Source: an uncultured Verrucomicrobiota bacterium
GTDB lineage: Bacteria; Verrucomicrobiota; Kiritimatiellia; RZYC01
Assembly (NCBI GenBank): GCA_964490935.1
Contig: CAZBEO010000006.1
Coordinates: forward strand, 5,261-69,260
Direction of reading: 5' to 3'
DNA: 64,000 nt
Both the position numbers and the translations under genes were made by a program. Positions 51,301 through 59,329 of the stretch are shown here, piece by piece. Each line of letters starts with the position of its first letter. Within the stretch, counting starts at the first letter, position 1. The notes below the pieces were generated by a model that saw only the letters and a list, made by a program, of their open reading frames with translations, had not been told where the DNA came from and ran no database searches.

Positions 51301-53919
51301 TGTGTCGCCTTTTCCTTCGCCACCCGCGCCTTCCGGCCAAGTGCCGTTCGTGGTGTAGTAGAAGAACACCTTATTGATGTTCCCAGGGTCGCCGGTTTTC
51401 GCCCACAGCGTAGTGCCATCGTTTTGCGGAGCCCCCGTATCGTTGAGCCCGGCTGGATCGTGGTAGATAAAGAGAGCCGTTTCCGTGCCGCTCCAATCAT
51501 TGCTACCGGAGGAGGCGGTACTGGTATAGACGCCCGAACCAACCGTGGTGCGATAGGTGGAAGCGCCTGCCGAACCGATTTTGTTATAGTCGGAGTCGGT
51601 GGATGCGAATTTTTCGCGTCGAATGCGCTTCACGAAGCCAGCGCTTTCATAACCCAAATAGAGGTCGTCCACCTTGGTGGGCGGATTGTCGCGCAGGGCG
51701 ATGTCCCAGGCATATTCCACCGGTACGGTGCCGTTCAGGTCCACGCCGCCATCGAGTTTCATCAGGACGTTTCCGGCGGAGCCGTCCACGCGGGCCACGA
51801 AGCGGATGTTGGTACCCGAGGTAATGCGGGGCACCCACCAGGTGTAGGCGTAATCGGTGGCGTTGCTGTCGCTCACGCCATGCGGGTTGAACGCGGGGTC
51901 GCCATCGGGGCCGTCCCGGCGCACATAGGGCATCCAAGAGGCTTCGCGTTCATTTTCATAGACTGTGATTGGCTTGCCACCCGTTTGCGCCCATAGCGTG
52001 GAGGGGTCGGGATTCTTCCAGGAGAAGGCAAAATAACCGCCCTGAGGAACCGTGATGGAATTCAGCGCCGAGGCGTAGGTATAGAAGCCATAAGCATAGT
52101 CGGAATAATTGAACAGATAGGCATCGGCCTCTGTTCCGGCTTCATGTGGGAAGCTGACATTTCCCATGATGTCGCGGGATAGCCCAGCGTCGTAATTGTC
52201 ATTCAGCATGAGCAACAGGGTCACATGAGCGGGGGCACTTTCGCCCGCCTGCCGCCAATCCAGCCGTTCATAGGCGAGATAGTCGCTGTCGGAATAGACC
52301 CCGCGCTGATAGCCGCGGGCAAACTGATTGTGAATGTAGAGCAGGTTGGGGATTTTATTATCACCCCACTGGCCGAGAAAGGCGGTGTTGGCCCAGCGCG
52401 GGAAGGCACCGCCGCTTTCGCCGAGGGTTTCCGCGTGGTAATTCCCATCGGTATAAAGCAGGCCCAGCCCGGCACGTGTGAAATAAATGGCGTGCTGCAG
52501 CTCTTTGCAGGCGGCGTAATCATTGTCGTGGCTCTGCGCGTGCATGACGCCCAGATCGGCGGAGAATCCGCCCGCGCCCGGGTTGTCCAGTCCTTCTAGG
52601 CTGCCATATCCACTGCCGAGCACCCCGTTAAGTTTGGAACGAAGATCGTTATCTACCAGGCGCATTCCGGTGGCAAAGTAGCCATCGTATCCCGGCGGCG
52701 AGCCGAGATGCTCGCCGAACATCATGGCGTCATCGCGGGGAATCTCGGTGTTGAAGACAGAATTCCGGTGATTATCCCAGTCGCTGATTCCGCGAGAGAG
52801 ATTGTACTGGACTTGGGCCTGTCCGGTATAGCCGTCGCCACTGGTATCGCTATTGTAGGCCCCGAAAAAGTAGTCCGGCACGTGCTTGACGGCATCGAGC
52901 CGCAGGCCGTCGGCCTTGGTCCGGTCCATCAGCCAGCGAACGCATCGCATCAGGTAGCCGCCCACATCTTCGGCGGTCGGATTGCCCATGTTGTAGATGC
53001 TGTCGCCGTAGCCCGCTGCTGCCGTGCGCCACGGGGTGTAGGGGCGCGTCGGGTCCAGTCCGGTATCTTCAAAGGGTTCGCAAGCCTCGCCGGCAGTATG
53101 CTGTCCGTCGCCGTTGGTATCTTCCCAGTCAAACTTGCCGTTTCCCGCCGCTGCGGCGACGTAGACGGCGGAGCTGTTGGTGTAGCCCACGTCTTGGTAG
53201 GGCTCCTTGTTGGCGAAGGTGTGTTCGTTCCAGGAATAGGAGTCATAGCCCACTGGGATGGACAGGTCGGTATCGAGGTAATATTCGGGGTTGTTCGGAT
53301 GGCGTACCCCGCTCCACTTCGGATGGGAGTCGCCTTCGCTAAATCCAAAGTTGGCGTTCGGGGTCTCGTGCGCGATGTCGATCAGATCGGAGAGCCCCAG
53401 GTTCATCACTTGCCAGGCCGACTGCCAGTCGCGGCAGTTATCCCACTTGCGGTAAAAACCCTCTTCCGTTTTGCGCAGGTGGAAATCTTCGGGCACCATG
53501 CCGGGATAAACGTTGATCGAAGTACTTTCGTCGTAGCCGGGGATGTCAAACGCACGGTGATTCATGATGTTGTCGAAATAGATGCGTATGCCGAAGCGGT
53601 GCGCGATTTCGATCAGTCGTTGCAGTTCCGGTTCGGTGCCGTAGCGCGTGCGGGTCGTATTGCGCTGATCGCGCCCGCCGATATCGAGCGGGTCCCAGAG
53701 GTCGTATCCCACGGAGAGGCCGCCGCTGCCCTTCGTCGGCGGCGGGAGCCACAACGAGTTATACCCCGCTTCCGCCAACTCAGGAATTTTATCCGCGATC
53801 TCATTCCAGTCGGTGTTGAAATATTGCAGCATGGCCTCACCGTGTGCTCCTTGCAGCAATCCAAAGAAAAGGGAGGCGGAAAGAATCCACCAGCCCGTGA
53901 TTTTTTTCAGCGCGTTCAT
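45391..53919 (-). CDS. 2842-aa secreted multi-domain alpha-glucan-active protein: signal peptide, GH13 alpha-amylase catalytic domain, beta-sandwich/TSP3 calcium-binding repeat region, GH57/GH38-superfamily-like barrel, C-terminal beta-sandwich domains
   Basis: GH13 regions I-IV (FDNIMNHRAF; GLRLDAVKHV; MMFGEHLG; QSHDND) in aa 30-480 (nt about 52480-53830). Clustered thrombospondin-type-3-like DxDxDGxxDxxE repeats (DTDGDGLHDALE, DTDGDGINDG, DTDGDGLPDGWE) around aa 1430-1650. Downstream block LLMHGNQHVQPG...VFWTPERVLDDG...IVALDDILAGNED resembles GH57 regions (HQP; GxWxPE nucleophile). Confidence 0.8.
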   Translation of the reverse strand: MNALKKITGWWILSASLFFGLLQGAHGEAMLQYFNTDWNEIADKIPELAEAGYNSLWLPPPTKGSGGLSVGYDLWDPLDIGGRDQRNTTRTRYGTEPELQRLIEIAHRFGIRIYFDNIMNHRAFDIPGYDESTSINVYPGMVPEDFHLRKTEEGFYRKWDNCRDWQSAWQVMNLGLSDLIDIAHETPNANFGFSEGDSHPKWSGVRHPNNPEYYLDTDLSIPVGYDSYSWNEHTFANKEPYQDVGYTNSSAVYVAAAAGNGKFDWEDTNGDGQHTAGEACEPFEDTGLDPTRPYTPWRTAAAGYGDSIYNMGNPTAEDVGGYLMRCVRWLMDRTKADGLRLDAVKHVPDYFFGAYNSDTSGDGYTGQAQVQYNLSRGISDWDNHRNSVFNTEIPRDDAMMFGEHLGSPPGYDGYFATGMRLVDNDLRSKLNGVLGSGYGSLEGLDNPGAGGFSADLGVMHAQSHDNDYAACKELQHAIYFTRAGLGLLYTDGNYHAETLGESGGAFPRWANTAFLGQWGDNKIPNLLYIHNQFARGYQRGVYSDSDYLAYERLDWRQAGESAPAHVTLLLMLNDNYDAGLSRDIMGNVSFPHEAGTEADAYLFNYSDYAYGFYTYASALNSITVPQGGYFAFSWKNPDPSTLWAQTGGKPITVYENEREASWMPYVRRDGPDGDPAFNPHGVSDSNATDYAYTWWVPRITSGTNIRFVARVDGSAGNVLMKLDGGVDLNGTVPVEYAWDIALRDNPPTKVDDLYLGYESAGFVKRIRREKFASTDSDYNKIGSAGASTYRTTVGSGVYTSTASSGSNDWSGTETALFIYHDPAGLNDTGAPQNDGTTLWAKTGDPGNINKVFFYYTTNGTWPEGAGGEGKGDTRTVELTFNHSDSGDGKDWWNCSLPSFSAGSDLRYKLGCFFQQGVDTNDPQWNVVWPGGADAVALKTTRMGVWQITNFNGETVGHYPHNDFSTYQTGLTEGFHFIQARAFLNRTDGAAIYNTFQQTFYYDTETPGGVILWPAANGDAVDGQQYGAVVRGDASTRNMWYHIDDSDPENDDYITDVANGNGRGFEPFEDQNDNETYDLGEPFTDINGNGVYDALLPEAWQTAYAQSQYLPGADGYEKEWRFNYVNIPSGGSNAVIKARLCEWSSADRATWTTGMTDEDGHFNTLERQVQTWGPTVRLFVAWPEKDGDEVEAGYGMKAYFSKSLADGLSSNDLIDRLTVRIQSAVSGVTSGGVIQSKSGYSIVWDETSDYHALAYTLPNLYNGQTDWLHGIEVTFDREGLGDLVGTRLVKAQKAEEAPNLEIVEPKEYDSDGRRIDLILPDVPTPTAEDRSMRIRLRTVTNVTTSSITMDSWPSAYTGSVTLVSNWTETGVQFIDYAWSNMVPGYFHFTARVQTTNETSNSAGRNCYVILRQTVAASTNSLDDDDDGILDLDEVTSVPLTNAVSSPNSDLWKQSEIFTYYSYGKTSATGPDTDGDGLHDALELGWRFPTDSAQTDTNTDTNGDGYKNFLADLDPPFYNTVGNEYGEEPWSNYGRVPGADSISKGGDRTKKLAGTTTDPTNSDTDYDGLPDGIEDANRNGWVDGDGASIDPTFDPWLARSWPDGIMDPDEIWTETDPNNPDTDGDGINDGHGEDKNFNGTIDGDTNKDRIWQSGEVWTETDPLNFDTDGDGLPDGWEVWNNLDPLDSGTVSLRGGTPNLVNGPTADPDADEFTNAQEYANGTNPWVADTGIPPPPGSIVIGRGDPIGVINGVTNYVEFTDWTEDDLIALDNYNTEAQNSAVDIYRAWDGYDTSRDMTAFYIHDGGAVADGGDGQFYFRVDLHDLQANAEDGYLNLYVVVDMNSPSAGERNLPDDIDTGTDMRWEAVVAVYGYNDGRVYVDTDTAHNTTAIAQNLADFGVVARDQNTANGFKQAHFNAELDAVEFSISRQALLDASWNGLDYRQLNFQVYTTKDGTSNDPVGEGDIGGRSDIRDAIRNTWICSDHWRDQDWIMANGYLNQWVGHNAENDRGKCAKVALLMHGNQHVQPGSVMQNLINNGEGAGLHRSLNVHDIYQRKLNLHITPTLASALQWAKTDPDDPDAWRRTRYADGPEFNNWIKELAATGTVHLLASTFSDHILPFFTADFNNDNAELAAEFLGGLYGVEFTTNSVFWTPERVLDDGVLGKILSMGYRSTIIDQNSHMWYWLGRTVALGDDGYRINKINDVSCFVINNSVDQYKYTVYDGGIAMALRGLFNRRARSDTQDQVVTMFYMWEDSTDLEKAAAYDNVLRWFANRPWTRIVALDDILAGNEDTSGDDTGDAWQQIDRGTEARTKLGHDWINHATQMNYDNWYCGSAQEEGLQEKIFNIRSGVPVPQEYGMLYSGGIISNAWDAVESIVNPQVADLARSVIHASVFETAFHTEDQNNLDKFSTGEYIYPATGTNVLIDFAKIAQAQSRFAALYTFVDAWAADAPGLSGTQRQAVDVDLDGEVEYLLYNKQVCALFERSGGRMTAAWARHTNGAVYQVVGNPVNYAGTETEDEGTYNVTSNGVLGAYRTSCLKDWWANSSDYVNGLYTFATSGDNGWQLVSADGKITKTITLGDATNAFEVAYALSGDLAGQTIYIRNGLSPNLMNLLMKGQTYLTRSAISNGVLSLSNRDGVTDVMAGIGAGDGTHSASFNEDAVDDNPDGGVAFHTLNMRNLAQIEQVELFGTGSFTFSLYFSAGNQTEADSNQNGIPDWWELEYFHNLSSVSDTSDWDDDGFKDRNEYFAGTNPTNRYDLLEIDSMSSLASGNFLIQFPTKSGKSYFISYNNSSLVTSAWNRATTTISGTGAIYEWQDTGEHTVPAPSALNQRTYRVEVDTEE

Positions 53920-54060
53920 CGGTACCCTCCAACCCTTTTTATATAAAACGTTTTACTTAAAATAATATAGGCTCTTTTCGGCCCCTTGTTTAGACTTTTC
54001 AGCCAGCGACATGTTTATTTTTAAGCCCTGATTTTAACCATGGGTAAATGTATGCCTTTG
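53920..54060 (-). promoter_or_regulatory. AT-rich putative promoter region of the giant glycoside-hydrolase gene, containing 10-bp palindrome aaaacgtttt (53945-53954)
   Basis: Conspicuously AT-rich (tttttatataaaacgttttacttaaaataatatag) immediately upstream of the 53919 start codon in an otherwise GC-rich window. Confidence 0.3.
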
Positions 54061-54222
54061 CGTGCATCTCGTCAAGCGCACGGGCCTTCGACGTAGCCGC
54101 CCGCCCGCCGAGCGGACGAAGGAGGGGTGGGCGGAGGGATCGGACAACACACTCGACGTGGCTTTCAGCGGGCGCCACGCGACCCGTAAGCCTACGGACA
54201 TTGCGACGGATATATTCTGCAT

Positions 54223-55161
54223 TCAATTCAGCGATGCAAATAGAGCCCGTTCCACCTCATCCACTTCGATGGAGGCCATTTGCTCGTCCGCATGTCGGAG
54301 AATCGTGACGTGCGGTCCCCTCGGCCCCCAGAGTTCGGGTCGGGTGGGGCCGAACAAGGCCACCATTGGACGTTCGAGAGCGGAGGCTAGGTGGGTAATG
54401 CCGGAGTCGTTGCCCACATAGGCTTCACAAACAGACAATACCGCCGCCGCTTCAACCAGCGTGCTTCCGGAAAGAATAGCCGCATCCGGCAATTCATCAA
54501 AAATCGTCCGAGCCATCGCGCGGTCGGCCTCGCCGAGGATGAAGAAGGGATTCCAATGGCGACGACAGGCACGCTGATACAGATCGATGAAGCGCTCGCC
54601 CGGCCAGTTCTTTTTCGGGCTTCCGCTACCGGGGTGAATGGCGAGCACCGGAGCGTGCAGTTCGTTACGATTCAGCCATGTACGGCCCTTTTGCTGCTGC
54701 AGGGCATCATCAAGCCGTAAGTGCGACCGGGCCTCCGGAACCGTAATGGCCAGCTCTTTAAGCGGTTGCAGCAGATGATCCATGGCATGGACCGTCTCAA
54801 CCAGAGGGGAACCCTGAATAAATTTTCGGGCACCCAGTCGCTGCATGTTGGCGGCCAGAATCTGATCGGGGTCGTGCAGATAGGAGAGTACCACGTCGAA
54901 CGACTGCACATAGCGGCATTCATCGCCAGAGAAGTCCGGGTTGGAAGAGAACAACTGGGACATAGCGGAATCTTCGAGGGACCGAAACTCATTCACCATT
55001 TTGGCCGCCGTAACCAACTCCCTCACATGCGGATAAGCAAAGAGCGAGATATGGGCTTTCGGCCAACGTGTTCTGAGGGCCTGCAAGGCCGGAAGCGTCA
55101 TCATGAAATCGCCGATCGCACCTCCGCGCAAAACCAATAGACGAGGCTCTTCGGTTATCAT
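54223..55161 (-). CDS. Glycosyltransferase family 9 (ADP-heptose:LPS heptosyltransferase-like)
   Basis: LLVLRGGAIGDFMMTLPALQAL N-terminus and the C-terminal GNDSGITHLA motif are characteristic of RfaF/RfaC-type heptosyltransferases. Confidence 0.75.
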   Translation of the reverse strand: MITEEPRLLVLRGGAIGDFMMTLPALQALRTRWPKAHISLFAYPHVRELVTAAKMVNEFRSLEDSAMSQLFSSNPDFSGDECRYVQSFDVVLSYLHDPDQILAANMQRLGARKFIQGSPLVETVHAMDHLLQPLKELAITVPEARSHLRLDDALQQQKGRTWLNRNELHAPVLAIHPGSGSPKKNWPGERFIDLYQRACRRHWNPFFILGEADRAMARTIFDELPDAAILSGSTLVEAAAVLSVCEAYVGNDSGITHLASALERPMVALFGPTRPELWGPRGPHVTILRHADEQMASIEVDEVERALFASLN

Positions 55162-55392
55162 CCACCTTCTCCATTAATAAAGGAAACATTCATGAGAACA
55201 GGTATGGATATACGTCGTTGGGCAGCACCTGTTAAGGGCTTTCAACGGAAATGCTGTTAAGAGAGTTAGGCCGAATGTTGTATTCTTGCTGGGGGCAGGC
55301 ACAAGGGAGGAAATATAAAAAGAGGGGACCGGACCTTTTTTCAGGTTTTGGGGGTGTCTTTGGTTGTGAAAAAGCGAGGTCTACCGTCTATT

Positions 55393-57816
55393 TTACCAGA
55401 CATACTCGTCTTCCCCACCCGCCGATTTGTTCTTTCTTCGGCCTTTCAAAAACAGTCGGTTTTGCATCGCATTGACGGTCCCGTAGACGCTACGCCGAGG
55501 GCGTCCCTGTTGCTGTTTTGAGAGCCGTTTCATCCAGCGAAGGCCTTCTTTGGGGAAAACCGCCGTGATTCTTCCATATTCGCTGCCCAGCTCCGTGATA
55601 TAGGTCTCGGCATCGATCTGGCGGATGTCTTCTCGGAAGCGAAAACGCAAGCGAACCAACTGACCGTCCAACCGGATGTATCCCTCCTTGATTTCATTGA
55701 CTTCATATACATCCAGCAGAGCATCATCGGCGTCCTCCTCGTCATCCATATCGGGAAAAAGCGGAATAGGTGTCGGGAGGGCGCGCGGTGCCGTCTGGGC
55801 ACCCTTTCTGAGCGGCTCAGATTCCAGCGGCACTTCCGCCAGGCGCTCCTTGACCGCGTCCCATTCCTCTCTTTTGATGCGCGAGAAGACATCCGTATCT
55901 GCATATTGCTGTTCCACCACCTCGGCCAGTCGGTGAGCCTCTTGCCAACGTCCCTGCGCGATTTCCACTTGAATCCGCTCTAGGACTTCGAGTGCCCGAA
56001 GGGTTGAAACCATCCCGCTCCAATCATGCCACCAGCCGACCAAATCCGCCTGCTCTGGGCCGTCCGGCAGGCGTTGCAGAGCCGCCTCCGCATCGCTGAA
56101 CTGCATTCTCGAAAGAGTTCGGCACACCGTGATGCGGTCCGCCTCCTCGGGATTGGCCGCCCGTATCAATTGATCCACACTCTCATCCAGCACGCGATTC
56201 ATCGGTACCGACACAATGGCCTCTTTGCCCCCCGCCGTGGAGCAGAGTACGGAGATCGTATCCTCCCCGACGTCGGCCAGCGTACCCGAAATTTTCGGCT
56301 CCGCACGCACGGGTTGTCCTTTCAGGGCATGCCGATTACGCACCAGACTCTGCTGCTGCTCTTGCAGCAGGCGGATACGTGCGGCGTCCTGTTCGGCACG
56401 CACACGCAGGGCCCCTTCGGAGGCCGGGATGACCGCATTCAAGGCTTCGAGTGCTGGCCCATACTGCCGCTTGCGCAAGAGGGGGATGAGACGTTGAAAC
56501 ACGCGCGAATATTCGAGCAGCGATTGGGCCTGCGATGGGTCGTTCAACTCTTTCACCACCGGCTTTTTCTGCACGCCGGCCACCGGTTTCACCTCCTCGG
56601 TGAATGGGGCCGGTGCCAAGGCTGGAATGATCTGAACTGGTTCGGGTGGAAGCGGAGGCGGTGCCAGGGACGGCGGAAAAAACATCTCATTCTGCTCGGT
56701 GCTTCCTTCTTCGGCAACGTCTGCTAGGCCGAACCAGTCCGGCAGCCATCCGGCATGGTGAAGCCAAAAAAGCGACACGGCGGCCAAGGCCAGAACAAAG
56801 CAGAGCATATATGCGGCAGACCGTATGCGTACGCCGAGATCACCCCGATGCTGAATTGTATCGCAGGCCTGATGCATGGCCTGATCACTCGGGATGCTGA
56901 TCACCCCGCTGTCCCGTTTGGCGCAACGGCTGACCGTGCTGCTTCCCGGCGGCGGCAAAGGATACGCCGGCGCGTGGCCCCGTTTGACCCGCCCTATATC
57001 CGCCAGTAGTTCCTGCCAGCTCCCATAACGCTGCCGGGCACACTTCACCATCATTTTTTCAATCAGCCAGGCGCACGCCTCGGAAAGCTCCGGCGTGTGA
57101 TCCTGCGGATCGGGGATGAAATCGGTTATCTGTTTGCGCATGGTTTCGCGCGGATCAGTCTCCTGCTCGAATGGGATGCACCCGGTGACCAGATGATAGA
57201 GCAGCGCGCCGAGGGCATAAATATCCGTGTGAAAATTCAGGGTGCCGACACCGCGTGCCTGCTCGGGCGACATGTAGTTCGGCGTACCGACGACATGCTC
57301 CCGGAGCGATTCTGGGCGCTCGCCTCCGTCAGGCGGCGTGAGGGCCAGGAAATCGGCCAGCTTGATGGTGCCGTCGCCATCCACCATGATGTTGGCTGGC
57401 TTGATGTCGCCATGCACAATCCAGGATTTTTCCCAGGCGTAAGCGAGGGCGTCGGCCACGCTTTCCACCACCAGCAGGGCATCGGCTTCACTGAGTTGCC
57501 CACTGCGTTCAATCCATTCCCCCACCGTGTAGCCAGTCACCCATTCCATGACGAAAAAATAGTCCTCGCCGGACTTGCCCGCCTCATAGACCTGAATAAT
57601 GTTGTTGTGCTTCAGGGCGGCGGCGATACGTGCTTCGATGAGGAAGCGCTCCACGCTGTCGGACTCCTGTACCACATGGCGCGGAAGAATTTTGATGGCG
57701 ACCATGCGGTCAAGTGAGATCTGTCGCGCTTTGTAGACGGCCCCCATGCCGCCTTCGCCGAGCTTTTCAATCAGCTCGAAGCCTTCTATGAACACGTTGT
57801 CCATTAAACCGCCCAT
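55393..57816 (-). CDS. Ser/Thr protein kinase (Hanks-type) with one TM and a 500-aa extracytoplasmic C-terminal region of unknown fold
   Basis: GEGGMGAVYKA, VAIKIL, HGDIKPANIMV, DFLA, GTPNYMSPEQ subdomain motifs. TM at AAYMLCFVLALAAVSLFWL. No PASTA repeats recognised. Confidence 0.9.
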   Translation of the reverse strand: MGGLMDNVFIEGFELIEKLGEGGMGAVYKARQISLDRMVAIKILPRHVVQESDSVERFLIEARIAAALKHNNIIQVYEAGKSGEDYFFVMEWVTGYTVGEWIERSGQLSEADALLVVESVADALAYAWEKSWIVHGDIKPANIMVDGDGTIKLADFLALTPPDGGERPESLREHVVGTPNYMSPEQARGVGTLNFHTDIYALGALLYHLVTGCIPFEQETDPRETMRKQITDFIPDPQDHTPELSEACAWLIEKMMVKCARQRYGSWQELLADIGRVKRGHAPAYPLPPPGSSTVSRCAKRDSGVISIPSDQAMHQACDTIQHRGDLGVRIRSAAYMLCFVLALAAVSLFWLHHAGWLPDWFGLADVAEEGSTEQNEMFFPPSLAPPPLPPEPVQIIPALAPAPFTEEVKPVAGVQKKPVVKELNDPSQAQSLLEYSRVFQRLIPLLRKRQYGPALEALNAVIPASEGALRVRAEQDAARIRLLQEQQQSLVRNRHALKGQPVRAEPKISGTLADVGEDTISVLCSTAGGKEAIVSVPMNRVLDESVDQLIRAANPEEADRITVCRTLSRMQFSDAEAALQRLPDGPEQADLVGWWHDWSGMVSTLRALEVLERIQVEIAQGRWQEAHRLAEVVEQQYADTDVFSRIKREEWDAVKERLAEVPLESEPLRKGAQTAPRALPTPIPLFPDMDDEEDADDALLDVYEVNEIKEGYIRLDGQLVRLRFRFREDIRQIDAETYITELGSEYGRITAVFPKEGLRWMKRLSKQQQGRPRRSVYGTVNAMQNRLFLKGRRKNKSAGGEDEYVW

Positions 57817-57831
57817 GGTTGAGGTTGCCGG

Positions 57832-58551
57832 TTACCCACGCAACATGCGTTGCAAGGTGGCGCTCAAGGTAGCCGTTCCCGGTGCAGTTGACAAGTCCAG
57901 GGTTTGCACGGCCAGCGGGCGCCCGCACACCAAGGAGAAAAAGCGGGTCATCACCTCGCGTACGTCTCGCACCGACGGGCACTTCTCCGCGAGAAGCTGT
58001 TTCAGCGAGGTCACCGGTTCAGTCAGGCCGCAGGGCACAATGGTATCAAATCCGCTCAGCGGAAGGTTCACGTTGAAACTCATGCCGTGACTGGTCACCC
58101 AGCGCTTCAGATGAAACCCGATCGCCGCCAGCTTCCCTGCATCGGTCCAAGCCCCGCTTTTGCCCTTGCGGCGATAGGCCTCCACCCCGAATTCCGCCGC
58201 CGTGCGAATCGCGATTTCCTCGAGGTTGAACAGGTATCCGTGCGCATCCGATTCGTTCTCGCCTAGGCGAATGATCGGATACATGACCAGTTGGCCCGGC
58301 CCATGATAGGTGACATCCCCGCCGCGCGATGCCTGATGCAGCTCCATGCCGCGTGCGGCGTATTCCTCCGCATCGAGTTTAAGACAGGCATCCCGCCCGC
58401 GACGACCGAGCGTGACCACCGGGGTATGTTCCAGAAAGAGCACCGTATCGGGTATGGCATTACCGATGCGCGCTTCCAGGAGTTCATCCTGCACGCGACT
58501 CATCAATCCATAGGGTACAGGCGATTCAATCCAGACAGCACGCGCATTCAT
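57832..58551 (-). CDS. lipB: Octanoyltransferase (lipoyl(octanoyl) transferase)
   Basis: TVLFLEHTPVVTLGRRG...SRGGDVTYHGPGQLVMYPI and the AAIGFHLKRWVTSHGMSFNV motifs are canonical LipB. Confidence 0.92.
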   Translation of the reverse strand: MNARAVWIESPVPYGLMSRVQDELLEARIGNAIPDTVLFLEHTPVVTLGRRGRDACLKLDAEEYAARGMELHQASRGGDVTYHGPGQLVMYPIIRLGENESDAHGYLFNLEEIAIRTAAEFGVEAYRRKGKSGAWTDAGKLAAIGFHLKRWVTSHGMSFNVNLPLSGFDTIVPCGLTEPVTSLKQLLAEKCPSVRDVREVMTRFFSLVCGRPLAVQTLDLSTAPGTATLSATLQRMLRG

Positions 58552-58778
58552 CGGGCGACCGGCAATCCGTCAGATGTTGGGCGTAGATCGACCCAATAGA
58601 TGCTATTAAAGATGCCGGGTGTGACATACTCCTGGGCGACACGACGGATTGCCTTATGCAAACGTTCGTTTGCGGCATGCCGCACTGAAGACGGAACAGA
58701 GTAAAACAAACCTTGATGCGGTCTGGTCAGGTTCATTTTTGCGTATTCCAGCCATTGGGTTACTATCAGGCCAAGACA

Positions 58779-58824
58779 CCACAGCGTACCCGCTGTGGTT
58801 AACTAGCAGGCGATAGCCTGCTAG
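58779..58824 (-). terminator. Two tandem perfect hairpins directly downstream of gcvH
   Basis: ctagcaggc-gata-gcctgctag (58803-58824, overlapping the gcvH stop) and ccacagcg-tacc-cgctgtgg (58779-58798). No T-tract, so Rho-independent function is uncertain. Confidence 0.4.
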
Positions 58825-59207
58825 TCGGCTTCCGGCGCCACCTTTTCATACTGCGCGGCGGTCATCAGAGCCTGCATATCTTCAAGATTTTCCGGCTCCA
58901 GTTTGAACATCCAGCCGGAGCCGTAGGGATCCTGGTTGATCAGTTCCGGCTGATCATTCAGCGACTCGTTGATTTCGATCACGGCACCGCCGACCGGCGC
59001 ATAGATGTCCGAGGCCGCCTTCACCGATTCCACCACGGCGCACTCTTCGCCCGCGGCAAGCTGGTCGCCCACGGAAGGCAGCTCCACATAGGTCACATCC
59101 GAAAGTTGATCCTGTGCAAAATCCGTAATGCCCACAATCGCCACCCCATCCTCAATGCGCACCCATTCATGCGTACGCGCATACCGCAATTCAGCCGGAA
59201 GATTCAT
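58821..59207 (-). CDS. gcvH: Glycine cleavage system H protein (lipoyl carrier)
   Basis: [36 protein letters not shown]...[13 protein letters not shown], with the lipoyl-Lys in ESVKAAS. 128 aa. Confidence 0.95.
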   Translation of the reverse strand: MNLPAELRYARTHEWVRIEDGVAIVGITDFAQDQLSDVTYVELPSVGDQLAAGEECAVVESVKAASDIYAPVGGAVIEINESLNDQPELINQDPYGSGWMFKLEPENLEDMQALMTAAQYEKVAPEAD

Positions 59208-59329
59208 TGGTTCTCTCCATCGTTTGGTTTCAGTTCACTGCTCAACACAACGCTCCCTGTATACCAGCCGCCTCGAACAGGACAAGGATGTTTTTGATAA
59301 AACAAAGGAATGCGGAGAAGACCGGAAAA

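Noticed and set aside
58548-58736. 62-aa ORF between lipB and gcvH.
   Set aside because: No RBS or recognisable features. It overlaps the terminator-like hairpin region and is likely non-coding.
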